DNA of 64,000 bases. It comes from Zootoca vivipara. Lineage: Eukaryota. The stretch's first letter is position 1; each line of letters opens with the position of its first letter. The stretch covers positions 39,742,001 through 39,806,000 of the forward strand of contig NC_083292.1 of NCBI RefSeq assembly GCF_963506605.1, given 5' to 3'. The notes below the pieces were generated by a model, which saw nothing but the letters and a program-made list of their open reading frames with translations, was not told the DNA's origin and searched no databases. Of this stretch, positions 1 through 11,100 are shown one piece after another. Position numbers and translations under genes: made by a program.

Positions 1-576
1 CATCGCATGCCCCTCCTTCCCTGTCCTCCATCTGGGCATGTTCAGAATCCAAGGACACAATCCACCTTGGCTGAAAAACACCCAGGGAGCTCCTGATTGT
101 TCCTCTGCAAGCCCCGCAGGCATTGACCACACTAGCAAGCAGTTGCTGTTTTTATTATCATGATGAGATGTATTGCTCACCCTACACCACAAGGCCTCGG
201 GGTGGGTGACAACAGTGTACAACGCAGTATAAATTCACTGTTGCATTGAATGTACAAGATGCAGGGAGGTTAAGGATCTGGCCTGCTGGCTATCTCCAGC
301 TTCCCCTCACCCCACCCCACCCCCTCCCAGGGAATCTGTGATTTAGGAACTCCCACAAGATTTGCAACGTTCACGAAAGCGGCAAGCACTCGGCCACACG
401 TGTTGATCTGGTACGTGGCCTGCCAGGTTCTCCCTGTTGTGCCAGGTAGGGAACTTAAAGAGTTTTAATCATCTTCCCAGCATTAGTTTTTTGTGCTCAA
501 GTTAGGGCATTTCGCAGACTGTCCTACTGAAAAACTGTATTTACACACGCACCGTAGATCTGCACCATCAGTTTAC

Positions 577-3500
577 CTTTTCGCCAGTGTGGGTCTGCAG
601 CCTCGGCAGTTTCCCTTCCTGACGTAACTAAGAGCAAAAAAAAACAGAAGAGAGGGTCAAGGATGAGCGAGACAGCTTCCATATTGTCCCACTCAGCCCA
701 GCAGCGCAGGTGGACCGAGGCTACAGGAATACCCATATCCATATTGAGGAGGGGTGTGAAAAAAATTATTCACATTCAGGAGAAAGCAGATAGAGAATCT
801 ATTCTCCCTCGCATATAATACGAGAGCACAGGGCCATGCAATGAAGCTAGATATTGGAAGATTCAGGACAGAACTTTTTCATACAGCACTTTTCATAAAG
901 CACTTTTTCATACAGCAAATAATTAAATGATGCTGCCACAGAAAGTATGTTGATGTCCACTCATCCCTGGAGGTGAAGCCTATCAATGGCTCTGCTCTGC
1001 TGTCACTGCCAGAAACTGCAGGAGATGTGGCTGTTGTGCTTGGGTCCTGCTTGTAGGACACCTGGTTGGCTGCTGTGAGAACAGGATGCTGGACTAGATG
1101 GGCCCCCCTTTGGCCTGATCCAGCAACCAAGGTCTTCCAGTGTTGTCATGGCACTCACCCGGTTTTCCTCCTCAAATATCTTCTTGTTTTCAGGGGAGGC
1201 GTAAACGGCTTTGTTCTGGTTGAGGAGACGGCTGCGGCCAAAAGATTTGGGCACCAGGACGGTGTCGCCTCGACTTCCCACATCTGCAAAAGAGAAACCT
1301 GGAATGTTTCTGCCTGCAAAGCGGGGTAGGAAGTAAAGCGCTCTCCCAGAACATAGGGCAGGAGAGAGAGAGAATGCTCCCTTTACAAAACACACCCCAT
1401 GTACAATTCCTTCCTGGAAATCCCGGCTCAATTTTTTTTAAAAAAACTAAGGCAGGAGAGAAGTTTCCAGCCTGTATCACAACAGTTCCTAACCCGATGT
1501 TCTCCAGATGGTTTCAGACTACCCTCTACTAAAGATACTTGCATATATTTAACTGCACTATCCTAGTATCTATGTTTGGATGAAGATGTGATTTAGTAAA
1601 GTAAAACATGAACAAATAAATATATTGGAGCTATTTTTTGTTTTAATATAAAGCACAAAGTCCACAGAAAGCCATGGACCCCAATGAAGGAAAATCAACT
1701 TAGAAACATGTTTATTGGATGCTTTGCAAGGAATGAGAGGGCAAGTCCTTGCCTCTTGGGAGGGGAGCTACAATCTAGAAATCAGCACAAGGAAGTCAGC
1801 AGGAAGGAGAGGGAGGCAGGAGGAGAACATTTTTATTTTATGTATAAGGTCAAAACTGCAACATAGCCCAGTGGCTGAGTGTGAACCGCAAAGCCCCCAC
1901 CCCCAAATTCCCATGTTCCCTCAGGTGTGAACACCTGAGTCCCTGTGTGCCTGCCCTGTACCAGTCAGGGACACCCAAGAAAGTTGAGTGTTGGAAGATT
2001 CAGACCAAAAAAAGAGAGGGGCAGGCTACTTTTATGCAGTGCATAAAGAATAAACTATGAAACCTGCTGCTACAGGAGGTAGTGATGGCCACCAATTTGG
2101 GTGGCTTTTAAAGAAGGTGGAGCAAATTCGTGGAATATAAGGCTATCCATTGCTCCTAGCCAGCATGGCTGTGAATCCTGGAAACTGCAGCAGGAAAGGG
2201 GGTGCTGTTGTGCTCGGGTCAACCCATCATTTTATTTGTACGCTTTCTAAAGTTGAAACCGTGCTTAAGGCGGCTTGCAGCATGTAAAAAAATGGCAGAT
2301 TCACAAACATAACAAAAGCAGTAATAAACACTAGTTAAAAAAAATCAAAAAGTACACATTGAACAACTGCCACACAAATCGTGAGATCTAAAATAAAGAT
2401 GCAAAAAATTAATGTCCACCACAGCCACACACCCCCCCTCTCTTAAACAACACCCCAGCCCAAGGGTCTGTTCAGCAGTCTCAGGTTTTTGTAGCTGGAG
2501 TCAGTAAGGACTGTGCCATCCCAGGTCAGACGGGAAAAGGCCGGCAAGGCAGAGGGCAGGACTCCCAGGACTCCCAGCCAAGATGGGCCCTGCCTGCAGA
2601 TTTCCCAAAGGCATCTGTTTGGCCACTGCGAGGACAGGATGCTGAGCTAGATGGGCCACTGGCCTGATCCAGCACGCTCTTCTTGTGTTCTTTAAAGGAA
2701 AAAAAGCATGTAGCCCTCCTAAAAAGAAAGTTACGGAGCAACATGGGCAAGTAGCTTCCAAGTGATTTCTGTGAAATGGCCGCAAGTGCGATGAGGCCTC
2801 TGTGTCTATTTTTCCTGGTGATGAGGAATGCTCCCTGCTGAGATAGATAGCAACAACGTCTGCTCTTGTGTGTGTGCGCCCGTGTAAAATCATTATTGTG
2901 TGATTGTCACAATCAGGACTAGCAAGACAACAGCTGACTTCCTAATATGAGGATAAGGTTTTTGGGAGCAGCTGTCTATGTGGAAGCCATTTTGTATTAT
3001 GCCATACCCCCCCCCCAAACAGCCATTTTGTGACTGGCTCCTCCAGCACCCTCTCTCCAACTTCAGCATGTTCCCACTGGTGCAAAAAAGGGCTTGCTAC
3101 CCCTGTGTTAATTCCTTACTCTTTAAAAATGAACCAGGAGCAAAGGCACATGATAATCTGACTTAAGCGTTCACACAAAAGGATGCCTGCCCCAAGCTTA
3201 ATTCGGATTAGCAGGTGCTTCTGCAGAACGGCACCGGGTGCGGGAGTAATAAGGGGAGCAACGTACCGTCCACGGTTTGGGTGAGGATGAGCTCCAGAGG
3301 CTCCTTGGGCTTGTGCTTGGTGTCCTCCAACAAGCGGTAGACCTTATACCGGCGGTGCTTAATCCGAGGCGCCCGGCCCACCTTGCTCAAAGGCACCTTC
3401 CACCAACGCTCCACGATGCACGTTTCCTGAGCAGCGGAGACAGAGAACTTGGGAGAAGCCACCACCACCTCCGCTCTGACACAGCCACTCGGCCTGCCTC

Positions 3501-5796
3501 CTCGCTACTCCCTGTTAGGAAGTCCCATCTCTTAAAACAAATGTTCTAGTCCTCAGGGTTCAAAGACAAGCATAGGAAGCTGCCTTGGACCAAAAGCCAG
3601 TTCCTTTTTTTTTAAAAAAAAAATTATTAGCTATATGCTTATTACATACATACGAAAAGGAATACAATTACATAAATTATAAAAATAAAATCCCAAAAAT
3701 ACAAAAAAAGAACAGACAAAAATCCCAAAAATACAAAGTGGGGAAAATAAAATAAAAAGAATAAGGATATACAAGAAAAAAAGAAAGAAAAGAAAAAAGG
3801 TTGACTTCCTTCAACCACTATACGGGTTCTCTAATCTCATATTTTGGTTGTCTGTAATCATTTTTTACTTTGTGAAGAGGCAATTTGTTTACCTGTGAAC
3901 TTTTTAGCCTAGGCTAAGCCAATCATAATTTTGGGAACCAATTTTCTTCATATAATTTGTAAAGACCTCCAATTCTCTCCTGATTTTTTTCAAAAGCCAG
4001 ATCCTTTGGTCTATCTAGCTCAGGATTGCCTGCACTGACTGGCAGCAGCTCTCCAGGGCTTCAGGCAGGGGACTCTCCCAGAAGTACCTGGAGATGTCAG
4101 GGATTGAACCTGCCACTTTCTGTATGCAAAGCACACGCTCTGTCACTGAGCAATTTTTGGGGGGGGGGAGAGAGAAGGGGCCTATCTCAATGGGACAGGA
4201 TCTGAATTGCATGTGGAAGGTCCCCGGTTCAATCCTCAGCATCTTCAGGTACGTCTGGGAATGTCCCCCTGCCTGGAACCCTGGATAGCCGCTGCCAGCC
4301 AGTGTAGACGCCATGGAGATACACTGACCAAGGTTCAGAGGAAGAATATGGCAGCTTCCCATGTTCCTCTTTGAACCAGCCCTTTACCCAGAACGATGAG
4401 GACTGAAAACTTCCTTTATTTTCAAAGGGCCATAGCTCCATTCTTAAAGGTAGCATGGACATATCTTATATACAGTGCTTTTTTTCTGGGGGTGGGGGAT
4501 GGCACAGGGGTATGCATTCCCCTAAAGATTTTGTGGAACTTTGTACTTTTGTCCATTTACTGTATTTATTTTTCCTGATTTGAACGGTAAAATGGTGGTT
4601 TTCTTGAGTCAAAATGAGAGTACCCCTAAACATTTTCTGTCTCTCTCTGAATTTCCTCACAGTCACCCCACTCCAGAGCAACCCTAGAGCCCCCCATCTG
4701 CATTCTCCCTTCTGCATTTTGTCCCAACTGCATCCCCTTACCGAAAAAAAAGTCTGCTCTTCAAGGCAGCATACACCTAGATTTAAATACTGTACACAGC
4801 AAAACACGACCACGTGCTTATCTTGTGGTCCAAAAGCAACCCCAGAGGACTCCCCCCCCCCCAAAAAAAACACCTTTGCTCTCCCCCATCTCCTTTGTCT
4901 AAACTTACACCCCCTGGGGAATCGGAAGACAGCAGAGACATACCTGCACTGTAAAAATAAAATAAAATAAAACAATTCCTTCCAGTAGCATCTTAGAGAC
5001 CAACTAAGTTTGTCATTGGTATGAGCTTTCATGTGCATGCACACTTCTTTCTGTTTCAGTGTATCTGAAGAAGTGTGCATGCACACGAAAGCTCATACCA
5101 ATGACAACCTTAGTTGGTCTCCAAGGTGCTACTGGAAGGAATTGTTTTATTTTGTTTGGACTACGGCAGACCAAAAAGGCTACCTGCCTGTAACTTGCAC
5201 TGTAAAGACATAAATGCACAGAGTCCATGGAACACCTCTCTGAGCTCCCCCCTAAAAAAAGCAATCCCAGGGCTCCCAATCTGCACTGCCCCCCCCCATC
5301 AACCTATTCATAAAAGCAGCAAACAAAGGCATAGATTTAAGTGTAGATTAAATCAATGCACCCACCCACCCATATGCCCCCTGAGACTCCCCTCCCCCCA
5401 AAGCAACCCCCAGAGACACCCCCAGGTCCACTCCGCCCTGTAATTTCTCTGAAATGACCTCCAAAAGAGTCTCCTCTTAAAGGCTCCCATTTAGATAGAC
5501 ATCAAACACACCCCTGCCCCCTTTCGCCCCCTCAGCAGTCTCCTCAAAGCGACCCCCCCTGCACCCCACCCCCTATATTTCTCCCAAAATCTACCCCTGA
5601 ATTTTAAAATATGTACTAAAATCACTGTCGGATGGGCCCACAAAGCAACCCCCCGGCCCCCCACCTCCCTCTCCCCATGCATTTTACCCCCCTCCTTCCT
5701 CACCAGGGGGGCAGAGAGGCGGAGCCCCCTGCGCACGAGCGGGACCCCCAAGGAGGCCCCTGCCAGGATCAGGCCCCTCGCCGCCGCCGCCAGCAT
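577..5796 (-). CDS. MRPL9: Mitochondrial ribosomal protein L9 (bL9m), coding exons 1-4; gene continues beyond the window start
   Basis: Exons 5796-5704 ([31 protein letters not shown], presequence-like), 3426-3267 ([53 protein letters not shown]), 1283-1159 ([42 protein letters not shown]), 627-577 ([17 protein letters not shown]). All GT-AG with consistent phases 0/1/0; the motifs VERWWKVPL and [10 protein letters not shown] are typical of MRPL9. Confidence 0.95.
4968..5155. mobile_element. Penelope-like element terminal-repeat remnant forming a long inverted repeat, containing a minimal hammerhead ribozyme
   Basis: Arms about 4968-5047 and 5069-5150 are near-perfect reverse complements. 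The right arm has GTAT-CTGAAGA-A-GTGTGCATGCACAC-GAAA-GC-TC-ATAC. Confidence 0.75.
5061..5098 (+). ncRNA. Minimal type I hammerhead ribozyme motif
   Basis: CUGAAGA core 5065-5071, stem II GUGUGC/GCACAC 5073-5086, GAAA 5087-5090, palindromic AGCU in place of stem III, UC cleavage site, stem I GUAU/AUAC. Confidence 0.65.
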
Positions 5797-5960
5797 CGTC
5801 CTTCCACGCACGCGCCTCGCCTCGCTCCGCGCAGGCCCCCGAGAAGCCTCGGCCTCGCCTGGCTCCGCCCGCCGGGGTGGGTCGACCGCGGGGCGGGCAG
5901 CGCGAGAGGGAGGGGCCGGCGGGGACACCCAGCACGCTTTCTTCCCCCAGGGTTTATTTG
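5630..5960 (-). promoter_or_regulatory. CpG island / GC-box promoter of MRPL9, head-to-head with OAZ3
   Basis: CpG-dense stretch around the MRPL9 ATG (5796) with GGGGCGGG and CCGCCC boxes at about 5865-5900. Confidence 0.7.
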
Positions 5961-6142
5961 CTCTTTTCTCTCTTTCCCTTGCCTACCGTGACACGGTAGC
6001 AAAAACCCACCAACCTACCCCCCTCCAAAAAAAATAAAAGCATGTCAAGTGGGGCCACTGAGCATATGCAGAGTGCAAAAATTCTTTTTTGCAGTCCTTT
6101 GCTGCAACCTGCTGAGTAATCTGTTCATATCCACTAGTTATT

Positions 6143-6862
6143 CCTTACGGAAATAAGCACTTAAGGAAAATTTAATGAAGATGATGTATAGGTGGTATTT
6201 GACGCCGTCTAAACTTGCTAAAAAGTATAGAAATCAAAATAAGGAATGTTGGAAATGTAAGGAAAAGGAGGGGAATTTTCTTCCATATTTGGTGGACTTG
6301 TACTAAGGTTAAAGCCTACTGGGATATGATATATAATGAACTGGAAAAGGTTTTTAAAAATAACTTTATTAAAAAACCAGAGGCGGTTTTGTTGGGTATA
6401 ATTGGAGAAGAAATTCCCAAAACAAGATATAAATTTGTTTATGTATGCTACCACAGCTGCAAGGATACTTTTAGCCCAGAAATGGAAGCAGCAGGAATTT
6501 CCAACATTGGAAGAATGGCAGATGAAAATGATGGAATATGCAGAACTGGTGAAGCTGACGGGGAAGATACGAAATCAACGTGACGAGCTGTTTGAAAAGT
6601 GAATTTAGACAATATATGAGAGAACATTGTAAACATTTGAAAACGCTTGCAGGTTTGAGTTAAAATATTTTATAATGCTAATTTTTGGAATCTCTTTACA
6701 ATTATTAAGGTAAAGCATGAAAGAAGGTAAATAGGTTGATATACGGTAGAAATGCTAAGTTGTAAGTGATTATTTATGAAAGCCAAATAATTTTATCGGA
6801 TTTTAACGGATTGTGATTATGGTAAAAATAATGTAAACTCAATAAAAATTATTATTATAGAA
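6143..6862 (+). mobile_element. 5'-truncated L1-type LINE (ORF2 C-terminal Cys/His region plus 3' UTR), frameshifted
   Basis: Peptides [25 protein letters not shown] and FMYATTAARILLAQKWK in shifting frames; AATAAA near 6841. Flanked by a 16-bp direct repeat ATA(T/C)CCACTAGTTATT at 6127-6142 and 6863-6878. Confidence 0.8.
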
Positions 6863-6932
6863 ATACCCACTAGTTATTATTCATATTACTATTGCCACCA
6901 TGATCATCATTAAATTTACTGATGCCCTTGAC

Positions 6933-7315
6933 GCCGGTGCGGTTGGGCTATGTGCCCGCAGGATGGGCAAAGGGGGCAGCAACTGGGGCCCAGCACAGAA
7001 GCCTGGCGAGTAATGGGGTAATGATCTCCCTTGGTTTGAATAGGTTGGACCAGTGGCTCTGGGCTGTAGGCCGGCTCCAAATGTTGGGAAACAAGATCCT
7101 AGTCCTCATGATTGCAGCCGAAAGCTTTGCTGTTGGGCTCTGGGCTCCAGGCAGGCTACCAAGTGATAAGACCACAAGATTCTAGTCCTTAGGATAGCAG
7201 CTAAAACTCTTGCTTGAAACTGAGAGTGGGGTGGGGGGGCAGGATGTTTGGGGGTGTGCGCCGTTTGCTGTGTCCCAAAATCTTGGCTGCGTCCATCCAC
7301 AATGGCCATGCTCTG
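6933..7315 (+). pseudogene. Inverted duplicated fragment of a TDRKH coding exon and the following intron (source about 20846-21450)
   Basis: Colinear with the reverse complement of 20846-21450, e.g. GGTGCGGTTGGGCTA, GCCCAGCACAGAAGCCTGG(C/T)GAGTAATGGGGT, TAGGTTGGACCAGTGGCTCTGGGCTGT, CAGGCAGGCTACCAAGTGATAAGACC. The donor GT has become GC and the exon part has indels. Confidence 0.9.
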
Positions 7316-8129
7316 GAGCAGGAAGACTCACAAAAGTCACAAATTAGCAGGATGCTCTCAAGTGACTCTGAGCGTGCACCGAGTGTGCTTCTCCTTTCCT
7401 TTGTGCAAGACAGCATAAAGGTGATTTTAAAATGTATTTTAAAAGTCCTAAGGACAAAGTGCCTCAGAATAAGCACACTGTGTCTTTCTCTCACCAACAA
7501 CCCCAACAGAACTGAGGCTCTTCAAAAAGGAAGGAAGGGCAACGTGCTTCTGAGCGTGTGCAGAGTTCACCCCTGAAGATAATTCAGTGCTTTTTAAAAA
7601 GACGTGCAGAAGGTCCCAGGCTCGGTCTCCAGCATCTCTTAGACCCCGGCCTGAAACCCTGGAGAGCAGCTGCCAGTCAGTGTGGACAATACTGAGGGCA
7701 GACCCATACCATAGATATAAAGCACACCCATGCATATTTACACTTGACTTCCCCCAAGGAATGCTGGGAACAGTAGTTTGTTAAGGATTCTGCGAGGGAG
7801 GGAAATTACAGCTCCCATGATCCTCCTGGGGAAGGAGGATGTGCTGGATATCTCTGTGTTGGATGTGCTTTAAATGTTAACAGCGGGCATCCAAAGGGGT
7901 GCAGACCCAGAGCCAGGTGTCCTTATGAGGGAGAGGATGCCGTGGTACCCAGGAGTGGGAGGAGCTTCGCCTGGGTGTGGCCAGGAGGGAGCATGGCCTC
8001 ATAATGATGCTTGTGACACAGCCAAGTTGCCATGGGGCAGAATCTCACACAGGTCACAATAGGGGTCCCTTGGGTACTTAAGGCAGGGGCCCTGCCACCT
8101 AGGACCCACTTTGCCTGGGGCAGGAGGCA

Positions 8130-11100
8130 CTGCCCAGCAAAACGCAGCGGAACCGGGCACCCACAACCACCCTTTCTTGGACCAAGAAGGGGGGGATACG
8201 GAACTGCCTTTATCCGCTAGCATTCTCCAGCGCCTCTTTCTGCTCCGTCAGCAAGCACCGCCTTAGATATCGGCGGAAAATGACGCCCAGTGGCAAGAGG
8301 TAAGGGGGGGGCTACCTTGGGCACATTGGTGCCACATAGGTACCTTGGAGGACATGCTCCCCCCCAATATATTGCTAGGCACATATAGCGACCACGGCCA
8401 AGGATCAAGGACTATGGGAGTGGCTGCATGTCCCCCATCCCTGTATTAGGACTGGAAACTTTTGGACCCCCAGATTTTGTTGGGACAGCTGCCTGGAGAT
8501 GAAGAAGCACCATAGTTCAGTGGTGGCACAGCTGCTTGTCATGCAGAAGGCCCCGGGTTCAAGGCCCGGCATCTCCAGGCAGAGCTGTGTCAGAGACATG
8601 TTTTCAGAACGATGAGGACTGGGATCTTGCTTCATTTTTTAAAAGGACACACCTCAGTGGTAGAGCATCTGCCTTGCAAGCAGAAGCTCCCAGGTTCAGT
8701 GCTCCCACCATTTCTAGGTAGGGTTGGAGGAGACCCCTCTCTGAAATCCTATTATGCTGCTGCCAGCCTGTGTAGACAATATTGAGCAAGATGGACCAAT
8801 GGTCTGGCTCCGCTTAAATCCGCTCGTTTCCTATTTCCCTATTAAAGTCAGCCCATTATATTGCAGGTATTAATGTTGCACAGCTTGAAGCAACTGGAAG
8901 CATACAAACTGACTCCTTGTTGCCCAGATCCATAGGTTTGATTTGAGCTTTACTTGCAGGACTTTCTTCAAAACAGAACAAAAACATCAGAGATACATCC
9001 AGATAATTCCATGCACTTACCTTGTGCATGTCTAGCACTGGCTCGGCATCTTAAAAATAACTTGGAACAGGATTGAGATCAAAACTCTTCTCTGTCCCGC
9101 ATTCTAGCCTGAGATTGCATGCTCCTGGAGAGCTTCCTTATTGTATCTTGCTTCCACTCCGACTGGGAACAAAGGACTAAAGACATCTCCCTTTCAAAAT
9201 GAGGATTTGCAACCCAATACCTCCTGTGTGATCTAAAGTTAAACACATTGTCAGAACTAGCAGATAACAGTAACAGTTAATTTCCAACCCACTGAGAAGC
9301 TCAGAGGAAAATCTCCCATGTTAAAGCCTTCAGGCATTCTCCATTTAAATGTGAATTGAGCCATACTTTACACATTATTATTCAGAACTATGGGGCCTAA
9401 TGTCAAGTTTCTAGCCCCTTGTGTTCAAGGCACTTGCCTATTTCAGAACCTGCTTCCCGGGCTTATCCACGCCATCTTCTTTTCTTGTTTCCATTCTGCG
9501 GCACAGCTCAAACCTTACCCAATGTGAGAGCTTGAGTATCCGGCCCCGTTACTGCCCGCAGTGCTCCTGAGTTCGTGGGCGGCTGCCCAGACAGGAGAAG
9601 GAGCCTCGAAGGAGACGAGGCGAGCCTTAAAGAGGTATATAAGGTAGGCTTCTTCTGCCTCAGGCCTTTCTGGCCTTGCATCTGATCAGTATTCATCATT
9701 ACTACTGCTGTCACAATAGACCACCATCTGCTTGCATGATGCTGTACAAAAGTACAGAGGGAGGGTCCCTGCCCCAATGAGCTTACACTCTGAAATTTGA
9801 CAACTGGGCCTTTCCCCCTATTATATATCTACCCCACCTTTTTTCTCCAAAGAGCTGAAGGTAGCATACACAGTTTGCCCCATCAGAGAAATATACTGTG
9901 CTTAAAGTCCTGAAGAGCTGCTGCCAGTCGGTGTAGACAACACTAGGTTTGATGGACTCGTGGTCTGACTCGATACAAGGCAGATTTCTCCAGGGAGAAT
10001 ATATTCATTCCGTCTTTATTGACAAAATTTAGATAAAAATCACAAAAAGGGGTGGGTGGGAACATAAAATATTTGCAATACAGACCTATTGAAGGCATAT
10101 AAACCATATAAAAGACTCAGTAGCCACCATTAAGTAGTTTTAAATTAGACTTTGAAAAAAATCTCAACTAAATAGTCTTAAACCATCTCAGTAGTTTTTT
10201 TTGGGGGGGGGGCAATATCACCCCTCAGCGGATATTGGATTACAGATTCTTTGCAAATAGATACTTTAAGCTTCAAAGGAGTCGCCAGCAGGTCTCTGTG
10301 AAGAGTGTCAATTTCACAAACTGAGTTATTGGGGGGGGGGGAGGTTGTGGACTCTCACCTCTTGTTTTGCTAGTTTCCTTCCTTTGACTGGTTTAAATTC
10401 ATTGCATGGGATTGGCCTATACAGTGGTACCTCGGTTTATGAACACAATTGGTTCTGGAAGCCTGTTCATAAACTGAAGCGTTCATAAACTGAAGCGAAC
10501 TTTCCCATTGAAAGTAATGGAAAGTGGATTAATCCGTTCCAGACGGGTCCGCGAAGTACTCAACCTGAAGCGTACTTAACCCAAAGCATGGGTGTAATTG
10601 GTTCCGGAAGTCTGTTGATAAACTGAAGCGTTCATAAACTGAAGCGAACTTTCCCTTTGAAAGTAATGGAAAGTGAATTAATCTGTTCCAGATGGGTCCA
10701 TGGCGTTCGTAAACTGAAAATTCGTAAACCGAGGTGTTCATAAACCAAGGTTCCACTGTATATGACCCTCTGGGGTCCCTTCCAAACTCTACAATTTTCT
10801 AGCGAAATGTTGCCCTAACTTGTGCAAACCAGCTGACATCTCCCTCTTGCGCAGGGATGGAGGCATTTTAGCAAATCAATCCATCAATCACCGGCACTCA
10901 CCACCTGAAAGTTGGAAAGAAGGGGGATTTTGCTAAGGTGTTTTCTAACCAGTAGTTGCAAACCTTTCATCTAAAAACGCCACAGGCTGGGAATCTCACT
11001 GTTTTCGCCGGCGAGCGCCAACGTCCCGACCAGCCGGTACAGTTGGACTTCCATTTTGCCCACGGCAGCCAGGGGGTCAGCCACTGGCACGGCCTCCTCC

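Noticed and set aside
7352-7420. ATG-initiated mini-ORF MLSSDSERAPSVLLLSFVQDSIK followed by GTGATT, a possible upstream OAZ3 exon splicing to the CAG at 8121-8123
   Set aside because: Weak donor and acceptor, and the region from CUG 8130 already accounts for the recalled mammalian N-terminus. Only transcript data could rescue it.
8026-8040. GTTGCCATGG X-box half-site upstream of the OAZ3 CUG
   Set aside because: The second half-site is poor; too weak to call without conservation evidence.
10422-10758. Regularly repeated GTTCATAAACTGAAGCG units that superficially resemble a CRISPR array
   Set aside because: Eukaryotic context, no unique spacers or cas genes; they are internal repeats of a TA-flanked MITE.
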